From a virus (Duplodnaviria; Caudoviricetes): a stretch of DNA of 29,259 nt. The notes below the pieces were generated by a model that had not been told where the DNA came from, made no database searches, and saw nothing but the letters and a program-made list of their open reading frames with translations. Below are positions 15,853-24,016 of the stretch, piece by piece; position 1 is the stretch's first letter; each line of letters opens with the position of its first letter. The stretch lies in the IMG/VR virus record IMGVR_UViG_3300048557_000187, positions 1 through 29,259 of that record, one strand, 5' to 3'. Position numbers and translations under genes: made by a program.

Positions 15853-17391
15853 ATGACTTACAACGATTATCCCAAAGCCGCAACTAACAACGCCAAACGT
15901 GCTTTAAAGTACCGTGAAGAATCTGGCAACCCTAAAGGATGTGGCACACCAGTTGGGTGGGCTAGGGCTAATCAGTTAGCAAAGGGTGAAGCGTTGAGCG
16001 AAGATACTGTTAAGCGTATGGCTTCTTTTAATAGGCACAGACAACACAAAGATGTTCCTTATGAAGATGGATGTGGTGGTTTAATGTGGGATGCTTGGGG
16101 TGGCACAGAAGGCGTAGATTGGGCAATAAGAAAATCAAAACAAATTGATGAAGAAAAGAAGCGTATAGAAATGGAATACGTGGAAAAAGGCTTGATGGAC
16201 ACTTTACGTGATAAAGCCAAAGAACATAATGATGAAGTAGGTGATGTTGATTCTAAAAGAACAACTGCTTCAACGTTAAAAAAAGTTTATGACCGTGGCA
16301 TTGGTGCTTATCGTACTAATCCACAATCTGTACGACCATCTGTATCAACTGCACAACAATGGGCTATGGCAAGAGTAAATTCTTTTCTATATGCCTTAAG
16401 AAACGGAAGATATAGAAGTGGCAAACATGACACAGACTTATTACCAGAATCACACCCCATGAGTTCAAAATCACATCACGAAGAAATGGAAACAAAAGAA
16501 CCACAAGTGTCTTACTTGAGAACAGAAGAAGAAGCTGAAGAATATGCTGAATTTTTAGGATGTCGTGGAACGCATACACATACAATGGATGGTGAAACAT
16601 TTTACATGGCTTGTAGTAGTCATGAAACAAACTTACAACTAGAAGAACAACGACAAGGTAAAAATATGAACTTACCATGGATTACTAAAGACACTAATGC
16701 TACGATTAAAGGCGTAGATGTAGAAAAAAGAATAGTCGAAGGATATTATTCTGTCTTTGACTTTAAAGATTCTGATGGGGATGTAATTCTTAAGGGTGCA
16801 TACGAAAAGACCCTGCAAGAAAATGGTCCTAATGGTAAGAACAGAATCATGCACCTTTATCAGCATGACCCATTACAAGTACTAGGCAAGCCTATGACCT
16901 TGATAGAAGATTCTAAGGGTCTTTATTTCCGTACTATGATTTCTGATACAGAATTAGGAACGGATGTCCTTAAACTTTACCGTGATGGAATACTTAAAGA
17001 GCATTCAGTTGGTATAAACTTTATCCAACGTGATTATAGCCAAGAAGATGATGCTTACATCGTTAAGGAATGTAAGATGTGGGAAGGCTCTACAGTAACA
17101 TGGGGAGCAAATGAAATGGCTATAGGTGGCATGGCTAAAGGGTCTATTAAGGACCAAGTAGAAAAATACAAAGAACTTTCTAAAGCCTTCTATTCTGGTG
17201 ATTATACTGATGAAACATTCAGACTAATAGAAGCACAACTTAAACACATAGAACAATCGTTTAAAGATTCACTTCAAACCAAGAAGCCGGTTCAAGCCAC
17301 TTTAAAGAATGAAGCCGAACTGATTGAAAATGTATTTAAACAATTCAACAATCAACTAAAAATCGAAAAGGAGTTCAAACAATGGACTTAG
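15853..17391 (+). CDS. HK97-family prohead protease with a ~270-aa multi-domain N-terminal extension
   Basis: C-terminal half has 'EGY.SVF...DSDGDVI.KGA', 'HLYQHD', 'EDSKGL', 'HSVG', 'EGS.VTWGAN'. Confidence 0.92.
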   Translation: MTYNDYPKAATNNAKRALKYREESGNPKGCGTPVGWARANQLAKGEALSEDTVKRMASFNRHRQHKDVPYEDGCGGLMWDAWGGTEGVDWAIRKSKQIDEEKKRIEMEYVEKGLMDTLRDKAKEHNDEVGDVDSKRTTASTLKKVYDRGIGAYRTNPQSVRPSVSTAQQWAMARVNSFLYALRNGRYRSGKHDTDLLPESHPMSSKSHHEEMETKEPQVSYLRTEEEAEEYAEFLGCRGTHTHTMDGETFYMACSSHETNLQLEEQRQGKNMNLPWITKDTNATIKGVDVEKRIVEGYYSVFDFKDSDGDVILKGAYEKTLQENGPNGKNRIMHLYQHDPLQVLGKPMTLIEDSKGLYFRTMISDTELGTDVLKLYRDGILKEHSVGINFIQRDYSQEDDAYIVKECKMWEGSTVTWGANEMAIGGMAKGSIKDQVEKYKELSKAFYSGDYTDETFRLIEAQLKHIEQSFKDSLQTKKPVQATLKNEAELIENVFKQFNNQLKIEKEFKQWT

Positions 17392-18611
17392 AAAAAACCT
17401 TATCAGAAGGGCTTGAATCGGTAAAAGGACACATGGATGTTCTTAAAAGCGATTTAGAAACCCGTTATGACAAACTTCAAGAGCAAGTAAGCCTTGCAGG
17501 CGAAGCTGATTCAGCTACCAAGTCTGAAATCAAAAACATCGAAGAATTAATTTCTAGCCAAAAAGATAGATTAGAAGCTATCGAAAAGTCTGCTAACAGA
17601 TTAGGTTCTGGTAGCAAGCCTTCTAGTGTTAAAAACATTCTTCAAGAATCACTAGAAAGCAAAAGTGTTCAAGAGCAAATGAATGCCTTCAAAGCAGGCA
17701 ACATTTCTGGCTTTACTATGGACACTAAAGCAGTTATAACTGAAGCTGATGCTTATACTGGTGATGTAGTTCCTGCTGACTATGTTGCAGGTATGAAGTA
17801 CGATGCTGAGCGTAAAACTCACGTGCGACAGTTCTTACCAAATGGCACAACTAATAGCGACAAAATCCGTTACATCAAAGAAAGCAACTTCACAGACAAC
17901 ACTGCTATTGTTGCTGAAGGTAATGCTTCTGGACAAAATGATTTTGACCTAACTGCAACTGATGCCGTTGTTGAAAAAATTGCGGCACACTTCCGTGTTT
18001 CTAAAGAAGCATTGAATGATACTGCTGGACTAGCTAGCCACATTTCACTACGTGGAATGGAAAAGTACATGAAAGAAGAAGATTCTTACTTGCTATATGA
18101 TTCAACTTATGGCTTGACAGTAACTTCTACTGACTATACTTTAGACCAATATACTGGCGATGCTGATGCAACCGAGCATGATGTAATACTTGAAGCACTA
18201 AGACAAGTTGAAAACCGTAACTTCACACCATCTGCAATCATGATGTCCATAGGTCGATTCTATGACATGATTCGTAGAAAGGATGCTAACGGTAACTATG
18301 TATTCCCTAATGATGTTGTTTATGGAACTCGTGTACCAGTTGTACGTGGTGTTCCTATTATTGCTACCAATGCAATTAATGCAACTGATGGAAATGCTAA
18401 TGACTTCCTAGTAGCTGACTTTGCTCAACTATGTACTTTATTTGACCGTGAGTCTATGCAAGTTCGTTTCTACGAGCAAGACCAAGACAACGTGGTTAAA
18501 GATTTAGTAACTGTACAAATTAGTGGTCGTTTAGCACTACCAACTTACTTGCCTAATGCAGGCGCGTTTGGTAACTTCACTACTGCAATCACTAACGCAG
18601 GTAATTCTTAA
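17382..18611 (+). CDS. Major capsid protein (HK97 fold, with coiled-coil delta domain)
   Basis: N-terminal coiled coil, 'VAEG', 'KIA....VSKEAL.D', 'KDANGNY', 'ADF'. Confidence 0.95.
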   Translation: MDLEKTLSEGLESVKGHMDVLKSDLETRYDKLQEQVSLAGEADSATKSEIKNIEELISSQKDRLEAIEKSANRLGSGSKPSSVKNILQESLESKSVQEQMNAFKAGNISGFTMDTKAVITEADAYTGDVVPADYVAGMKYDAERKTHVRQFLPNGTTNSDKIRYIKESNFTDNTAIVAEGNASGQNDFDLTATDAVVEKIAAHFRVSKEALNDTAGLASHISLRGMEKYMKEEDSYLLYDSTYGLTVTSTDYTLDQYTGDADATEHDVILEALRQVENRNFTPSAIMMSIGRFYDMIRRKDANGNYVFPNDVVYGTRVPVVRGVPIIATNAINATDGNANDFLVADFAQLCTLFDRESMQVRFYEQDQDNVVKDLVTVQISGRLALPTYLPNAGAFGNFTTAITNAGNS

Positions 18612-18617
18612 TATTAC

Positions 18618-18664
18618 CCCAAGGATGTTTGGAACTTGGGCAGGTTCGATTCCTGCCCATCCTT
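18618..18664 (+). ncRNA. tRNA-like minihelix (acceptor-like stem plus T-arm)
   Basis: AAGGATG/CATCCTT stem; GGCAGG-TTCGATT-CCTGCC T-arm. No anticodon arm and no CCA. Confidence 0.5.
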
Positions 18665-18683
18665 CTTAATTAATTTTATTGTT

Positions 18684-18965
18684 ATGTATAGATGTAGAAA
18701 AAACTTTAGGTATGGTAAACAACCGTACAAAATAGACCAACCTTTCAAGGCAGATAATGCTACAATGGCTGATATGCTTAAACGTGGTTTATTGTATGAA
18801 ACTAAAGAAGATAAAAAAGCATATAATGCAACTGACAAAGTACACATAGAAAAAGACAACAATACCAAGACCATGTACTATGTCAAGAAAGGCAACCAAA
18901 TAATAGATAGAATTCCAGAACCTAAAGCTATTAAACTAAGGGATGAATTAAATGCTAAGAAGTAG
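18684..18965 (+). CDS. Hypothetical head-associated protein
   Basis: Start refined to ATG 18684. Lies between capsid and connector. Confidence 0.7.
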   Translation: MYRCRKNFRYGKQPYKIDQPFKADNATMADMLKRGLLYETKEDKKAYNATDKVHIEKDNNTKTMYYVKKGNQIIDRIPEPKAIKLRDELNAKK

Positions 18966-19551
18966 TATCGTTTCACCAGATTACGGGCAAAATGGCGTTG
19001 TAACAGTTTCAACAGTAGCAACTGGCACAAATGCTTCAACCGATGTACTTAGCACGGCAGATGCGAAATCTTGGATGAAAGTAGAATCAAGTGTTGAAGA
19101 TAGTTTGATAGCAAGCTTAGTAGCTGAAGTTATAGATATAGTTGAAGAATCGTATTCTTTTCAGCTTATTGAAAAAACTGTAACTGCTGAATGGGAAAGC
19201 TATGGTAAAAGAGTTGATTTGCCTTTATTCCCTGCTCAGTCGGTGAGTTCTGTCAAAACCATAAATCACGAAGGCACTGAAACTACATTGACGGCAGGGG
19301 ATGATTTTTACTTACAAGGTGATACCCTTGTTTTTAATAGCCTATACGCTTACGAAAATCCTTTTGAGAGAATGCGATTAAAAGTAGTATATGTAGCAGG
19401 CTATACTTCTATACCTAATGGCATTACACTTGGTATAAAAAAAGCAGTTCTATCTAGCTACGAAGATAGACAAGATTTAGTAGAAGGTGGTGTAAGTGAA
19501 CTACCTAATGGTTCTAAATCACATTTCAAAAAGTACGCTAAACTAATCTGA
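18952..19551 (+). CDS. Head-tail connector (gp6/phiE125 gp8-like)
   Basis: 'AK.WMKV....EDSLI..L', 'LP..P..SV.SV', 'Y.AGY', 'YE.R'. Confidence 0.88.
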   Translation: MLRSSIVSPDYGQNGVVTVSTVATGTNASTDVLSTADAKSWMKVESSVEDSLIASLVAEVIDIVEESYSFQLIEKTVTAEWESYGKRVDLPLFPAQSVSSVKTINHEGTETTLTAGDDFYLQGDTLVFNSLYAYENPFERMRLKVVYVAGYTSIPNGITLGIKKAVLSSYEDRQDLVEGGVSELPNGSKSHFKKYAKLI

Positions 19552-19554
19552 TGA

Positions 19555-19926
19555 ATGAAAACAAAAAACAGACAAGCGAATGTAGGTTTAATGAAGCAAA
19601 GGCTGACAATCCAGTATTACAGTCTTACTTCGGATGGAATGGGTGGTAACACCCAAACATGGAACACGCTTGCTACTGTTTGGGGTAATGTAAATGCTTT
19701 TTCTGGTAGTGAATCTTATGAAGTAGGTGGGCTAAAAGGTAAAGTAAAATATAAGATTGTTACAAGATACCGTGATGATTTTGTAAGCCTTGGCTACAGT
19801 AAAGCTACCTATGACTATCTGTTAAGGGTTCAATACGATGGGCGTACATTTAACGTTGAATATGCTCAAGATAAAGGCGAAGAACATTCTTTCACAGAAC
19901 TAATAGCCGTAGAAGATGTCGATTGA
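19555..19926 (+). CDS. Head-closure/adaptor protein (SPP1 gp16-like)
   Basis: 'RLTIQ....DGMGG....W...ATVW', 'RYR', 'RV.Y.GR.FNV'. Confidence 0.88.
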   Translation: MKTKNRQANVGLMKQRLTIQYYSLTSDGMGGNTQTWNTLATVWGNVNAFSGSESYEVGGLKGKVKYKIVTRYRDDFVSLGYSKATYDYLLRVQYDGRTFNVEYAQDKGEEHSFTELIAVEDVD

Positions 19927-20383
19927 TACTAGAGTAAATAGAACAGAACTACAAGGTGTACTTAATAAGCTTACATTGTTAAGTAAAACTATGACTAAGG
20001 ATGTTGAACGAGTTATTAATCGTAATGCCTTAAAAATAGAAAGTAACGCCAAAAAAAATCTAAGTTCTATATATCCAATAATTAATAGGGATAGGGTAGA
20101 TACTGGTGTTTTAAGAAGTTCTATTAAAACAATAAAAACACATCAACTAGGTAGGGAAGTTGGCACTAATTTAGAATATGCACCTTATGTAGAATTTGGA
20201 ACTAAATCTAGGGTAGAAACTGAAATAGAAGGAGTTGATTATTCAGCCTATGCTATACAGTTTAAAAAATCTAGTGGTGGTTCTGGTGGTATGTATGCAA
20301 CACCATATTTATTTCCTGCGTATGAAAAACAAAGAAAAGTAATTTTTAAAGAACTTAAAAGGGTAGTCGATGGCAAAAGATAG
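19916..20383 (+). CDS. HK97 gp10-like tail completion protein
   Basis: 'VDTG.LRSSI', 'YAPYVEFGT', 'PYLFPA'. Confidence 0.88.
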   Translation: MSIDTRVNRTELQGVLNKLTLLSKTMTKDVERVINRNALKIESNAKKNLSSIYPIINRDRVDTGVLRSSIKTIKTHQLGREVGTNLEYAPYVEFGTKSRVETEIEGVDYSAYAIQFKKSSGGSGGMYATPYLFPAYEKQRKVIFKELKRVVDGKR

Positions 20384-20798
20384 TACAACAGAACTACAAG
20401 TAGCATATTATACGCTATTAAATACCAATGTAACTTTATCTGGTAATCCAGTTGCCGTATATGATGAAGTTCCTGCTAATGGTACATACCCACATATACA
20501 GTTTAACGACACTACATTAAGTGATAACTCTACTAAGACAACTTTTATGGATGACGTTACTTTTTCCTTAAGTGTAGTGGATAGGTTTAGTTTAGACAAT
20601 GGTAGTCGTGCGAATCTTAATAACGTAGTTAATCAAGTAAAACAAATCATTAGAGCAAGACCAGTACCATTCAGTCTTACTAATTTCAATGTAATAAATT
20701 CAGTAGTTGAAACGGACTTATCCAGAAAAGAAAAGACTAGCACATACACTTATTTCATACGTGAATTAAGATTTAGGCACATCATAGAAGAAAAATAA
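20370..20798 (+). CDS. Tail terminator (DUF3168/gp17-like)
   Basis: 'LQ.A.Y..L', 'VYD.VP....YP.I', position before the tail tube gene. Confidence 0.82.
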   Translation: MAKDSTTELQVAYYTLLNTNVTLSGNPVAVYDEVPANGTYPHIQFNDTTLSDNSTKTTFMDDVTFSLSVVDRFSLDNGSRANLNNVVNQVKQIIRARPVPFSLTNFNVINSVVETDLSRKEKTSTYTYFIRELRFRHIIEEK

Positions 20799-20869
20799 GT
20801 GCTATATCAATATTGCTACAAATTTTTTATCTTTTACAAAGTTTAACTTAAATCAAACATAATAAAACT

Positions 20870-21316
20870 ATGGCGGCAATAAACGGAACACTAATTTTAT
20901 TTAACGTTGATGTTGATGGTGGAACACCTGCGACTTTAGGTGCTACTACTTCTGCAACTTTAAATATAGAAATGGATTTACCAGATGCTTCATCCAAAGA
21001 TTCTTCAGGATGGGCTGACCATATACAAGGGCAAAAATCTTGGTCTATTGATGTAGATGGGATTGCAAACTTTGTATCTTCAACTGGTAACGTAGAAGAA
21101 TTAGGTAATTATATACTTAACAGAAATACTGTTGATGTTGAGTTTGTACCAAATGATTCAGCAGGCGATTTACCTTCTGGTACTTATGTAAAATATACTG
21201 GCGAAGCTTCTTGTGCTTCTGTAAGTTTTGTAGCAGGTAATGAAGATACTGCAACTTTATCTGGTTCTTTTACTGGCAAAGGTGCTTTAACTGCATCAAC
21301 TGTTACTAAGGCTTAA
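20870..21316 (+). CDS. Major tail tube protein (TP901-1-like)
   Basis: 'NGT', 'SSKDS.GW...I.G.KSWSI..DG', 'F.G.GAL'. Confidence 0.9.
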   Translation: MAAINGTLILFNVDVDGGTPATLGATTSATLNIEMDLPDASSKDSSGWADHIQGQKSWSIDVDGIANFVSSTGNVEELGNYILNRNTVDVEFVPNDSAGDLPSGTYVKYTGEASCASVSFVAGNEDTATLSGSFTGKGALTASTVTKA

Positions 21317-21597
21317 TGAAGGGTTCTAAAAAAGTAACCATAGATGGTATAAGTTATTCGTTTAGGTTTGACCTTAACGCATTAGAGCGTTTTACCGAAG
21401 AAGCAGGGGTAGGACTAAATGGTTTAGATGAAGCACTAGATAAAGTGCCTAACATCAAGCTATTTATCCAAGCCCTATCTGCTTCGGGTGGTAAGGAAGT
21501 GCCTAGCGAATCTATCGGAACTATGGACTTTGCTCAATTATCACAAGTGTTTGACTTAGTTAAAGAATCGGTGGGAAACCTAAAAGCCCAGAAGTAA
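21316..21597 (+). CDS. Tail assembly chaperone (gpG-like)
   Basis: Lies between tail tube and tape measure. Ends just after a slippery site. Confidence 0.82.
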   Translation: MKGSKKVTIDGISYSFRFDLNALERFTEEAGVGLNGLDEALDKVPNIKLFIQALSASGGKEVPSESIGTMDFAQLSQVFDLVKESVGNLKAQK

Positions 21598-21603
21598 CTG
21601 GGC
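21573..21603 (+). promoter_or_regulatory. Programmed -1 frameshift signal
   Basis: G GGA AAC (21573-21579), 6-nt spacer, GCCCAG-AAGTAA-CTGGGC hairpin. The -1 frame is open into 21648..21920. Confidence 0.88.
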
Positions 21604-21920
21604 AACCGATTGAAAGTTTACAAGAACTTTTAGTACTAGGTTATCAGATGGGGTTAAAGCCTGACGAGTTAAGAAGTACAACTATGTATGACTTCAACTT
21701 AATGGCAAGAGCATTTACAGAAAACAGAAAGCATGATTTTAATGTCATGCGAATAAACGCCTTCTTAATTTCTGCGTATTCGGGATTAGAAGGAAAGGCA
21801 AGAAAAAAATTAACACCAGAAAAAATGTTTCCCTTAAAATCAAATAGCGAACCAACCAAGATAGATAGAAAGAAGCTTTTTGATGTAATAGAAATGGTCG
21901 AAAAAAGTAGGGGGAAATAA
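21573..21920 (+). CDS. gpT-like frameshift extension of the tail chaperone
   Basis: -1 frame reads GKPKSPEVTGQPIESLQELLVLGYQMGLKPDE..., continuous with the listed ORF 21648..21920. Confidence 0.8.
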   Translation, partial: GKPKSPEVTGQPIESLQELLVLGYQMGLKPDELRSTTMYDFNLMARAFTENRKHDFNVMRINAFLISAYSGLEGKARKKLTPEKMFPLKSNSEPTKIDRKKLFDVIEMVEKSRGK

Positions 21921-24016
21921 TGCTAGGTAAGTTGAATGTACAAATTGGTGCTAATATTACTGGGCTTACTGGTGGCATCAATAAAGCAAGGTATCAACTA
22001 AAGAGTTTTAGCCAAGATTTAAATGGCTTAGGTAGAAAACTAAGTGTTAGTGTAACTGCACCACTAACATTACTTGGTGGCAGGGCTATAAAGACTGCCG
22101 CAGAATTTGAAGATTTACGAACATCCTTTGAAGTGCTTACTGGGTCAGCCGAAGAAGGTGCAAAAGTATTTGAACGCCTTAGAGCATTTGCGGCAAGCAC
22201 ACCCTTTGAAACTGCACAACTAGCAAAGGCTACCAAGACCATGCTATCATTTGGTTTTACAACTGATGATAGTGCTGACACATTACGTATGCTTGGTGAT
22301 GTTGCTATGGGCAATGGTCAGAAGTTAGATACGCTAACGTTAGCCTTTTCTAGGATAGTATCTAATGGTAAGGCTATGGGTCAGGAAATCAATATGATGA
22401 TTGACCAAGGTTTTAATCCATTACAAATCATATCTGAAAAAACTGGCAAAAGTATGTCAGTATTAAAAGATGAAATGGCTAAGGGCGCTATTTCTGCCGA
22501 CATGATAAGGGATGCTTTTAAAACTGCTACAAGCGAAGGTGGTCAGTTTTTTGGTGGAATGGAAAAAGGTAGTCAAACATTATCTGGAGTTTTTTCTACT
22601 TTCCGTGATAATGTTACTGGTGCTTTAGCCGTAATGGGTGAAGAGTTGGTAAAAACTTTTGACTTAAAAAATCTTGTAAAAGATGCCACTATAAAAATAC
22701 AAGCACTTACTACGGCATTTTCTAATATGTCCGATGAAGTAAAAAAGAAAATATTAGTAATAGCGGCAGTAATAGGCGCAGGTGGTCCACTACTTATAGC
22801 GTTAAATGTATTGACAAGAGCTATGTCATTAATAAATTTAAAGATTTTATTAGTGGTAGCAGTCCTAAGCTTAGTGGGTATAACTGCACAAAGCATAGCA
22901 GATAACTTTTTAGCATTACGGGATAGAGCAGATTTTGCTTTTAATGGCATGAAGTTCATGGTTACTGACTTCTTGCTTTCATTCCTTAATATGGAACATT
23001 TAATGCGAATTGCAGGTAGCACGCTTGGTAATGTGTTTATGACCACTATGGGTGGTGTTGCAGTTGGCTTGGCAGGTGCTAGGAATGAATTAGAAAGAAT
23101 GCGAAGCGAAGCATTAGCGGCAGGCATGGACATTGAAAATAGGGGAATGCAGGGCTTTGTAAGCTTCGGTGATTCTGTCAATAATCTTAAGACCAATATG
23201 CAGTCCTTAGTTAAGGATGGGCTTAATGCCTTAATGCAACCTATATTTGATTTAATAGATGGTGCAGAACAAACTACTGAATCAGTAGATGAAACTGCTG
23301 AAAGCATGGATAATGCCGTTGAAAGTAGTAATAGGTTTGGGGATGTTTTAGAAGGTCTTAAGATGAAGCTAGGTAGTTTATCTGCTACGATAATAGAATC
23401 ATCTTTAGATGCTTTTACCCAAAGCTTATTTAATGCAGGAAAATATAACACCCAAGAACTTGAACTAAGAAAAATAAATCTGCAAAAACAAAAAGATGCA
23501 CTAAATCAATCTTTAGCAGAACAAGAAATAAGTCAAAAAGAATATGGTTTAAGAATAGCATTATTAAATCAAGAACTTCTTGATACTGAAACACAGATTA
23601 ATGAAGCAAGAAAAAATAGCTTTCAAAAGTCTTTAGACCTAATGCTAAGTGCGGCAAAGCAAGCAGTGAAAGAAATACTTGCACAATTTGCAAAGTTATT
23701 AATTATAAAAGGTTTGTTATCAATATTAGGTGCGCCTACGGGTCAATTCGGTAAGGGTCTTGTAGAAGGCTTAAAAGGCATGATGAAAGCACGGGGTGGT
23801 CCAGTATTTAGTAATCAACCTTACATAGTTGGTGAACGTGGTCCAGAATTATTTATGCCTAACATATCTGGTTCTATTGTGCCTAACAATCAGTTGATGG
23901 GTACGGGTGTACAAACGGCAGGAACTAGCAACATTAACTTAGGTGGCGAATTTAGAATCAAAGGAACTGACTTAGTACTTACACTAGAAGAAGCGAACTA
24001 TAAATTAGGTAGATAA
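21920..24016 (+). CDS. Tape measure protein
   Basis: 'FA..TPF', 'LGDVA', helical Ala/Gly-rich sequence, 'GGPV...YIVGERGPELF.P'. Confidence 0.95.
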   Translation: MLGKLNVQIGANITGLTGGINKARYQLKSFSQDLNGLGRKLSVSVTAPLTLLGGRAIKTAAEFEDLRTSFEVLTGSAEEGAKVFERLRAFAASTPFETAQLAKATKTMLSFGFTTDDSADTLRMLGDVAMGNGQKLDTLTLAFSRIVSNGKAMGQEINMMIDQGFNPLQIISEKTGKSMSVLKDEMAKGAISADMIRDAFKTATSEGGQFFGGMEKGSQTLSGVFSTFRDNVTGALAVMGEELVKTFDLKNLVKDATIKIQALTTAFSNMSDEVKKKILVIAAVIGAGGPLLIALNVLTRAMSLINLKILLVVAVLSLVGITAQSIADNFLALRDRADFAFNGMKFMVTDFLLSFLNMEHLMRIAGSTLGNVFMTTMGGVAVGLAGARNELERMRSEALAAGMDIENRGMQGFVSFGDSVNNLKTNMQSLVKDGLNALMQPIFDLIDGAEQTTESVDETAESMDNAVESSNRFGDVLEGLKMKLGSLSATIIESSLDAFTQSLFNAGKYNTQELELRKINLQKQKDALNQSLAEQEISQKEYGLRIALLNQELLDTETQINEARKNSFQKSLDLMLSAAKQAVKEILAQFAKLLIIKGLLSILGAPTGQFGKGLVEGLKGMMKARGGPVFSNQPYIVGERGPELFMPNISGSIVPNNQLMGTGVQTAGTSNINLGGEFRIKGTDLVLTLEEANYKLGR

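Noticed and set aside
18618-18664. Bona fide tRNA, tmRNA or attP
   Set aside because: No anticodon arm, CCA or G3-U70 pair, too short, and no integrase in the window.
19942-20400. AACAGAACTACAAG repeated near the starts of two neck genes
   Set aside because: Short, coding (TELQ) and explained by codon bias.
22573-23451. 292-aa minus-strand ORF
   Set aside because: Antisense shadow of the tape measure gene with no motif. The other minus-strand ORFs overlapping real genes are rejected likewise.
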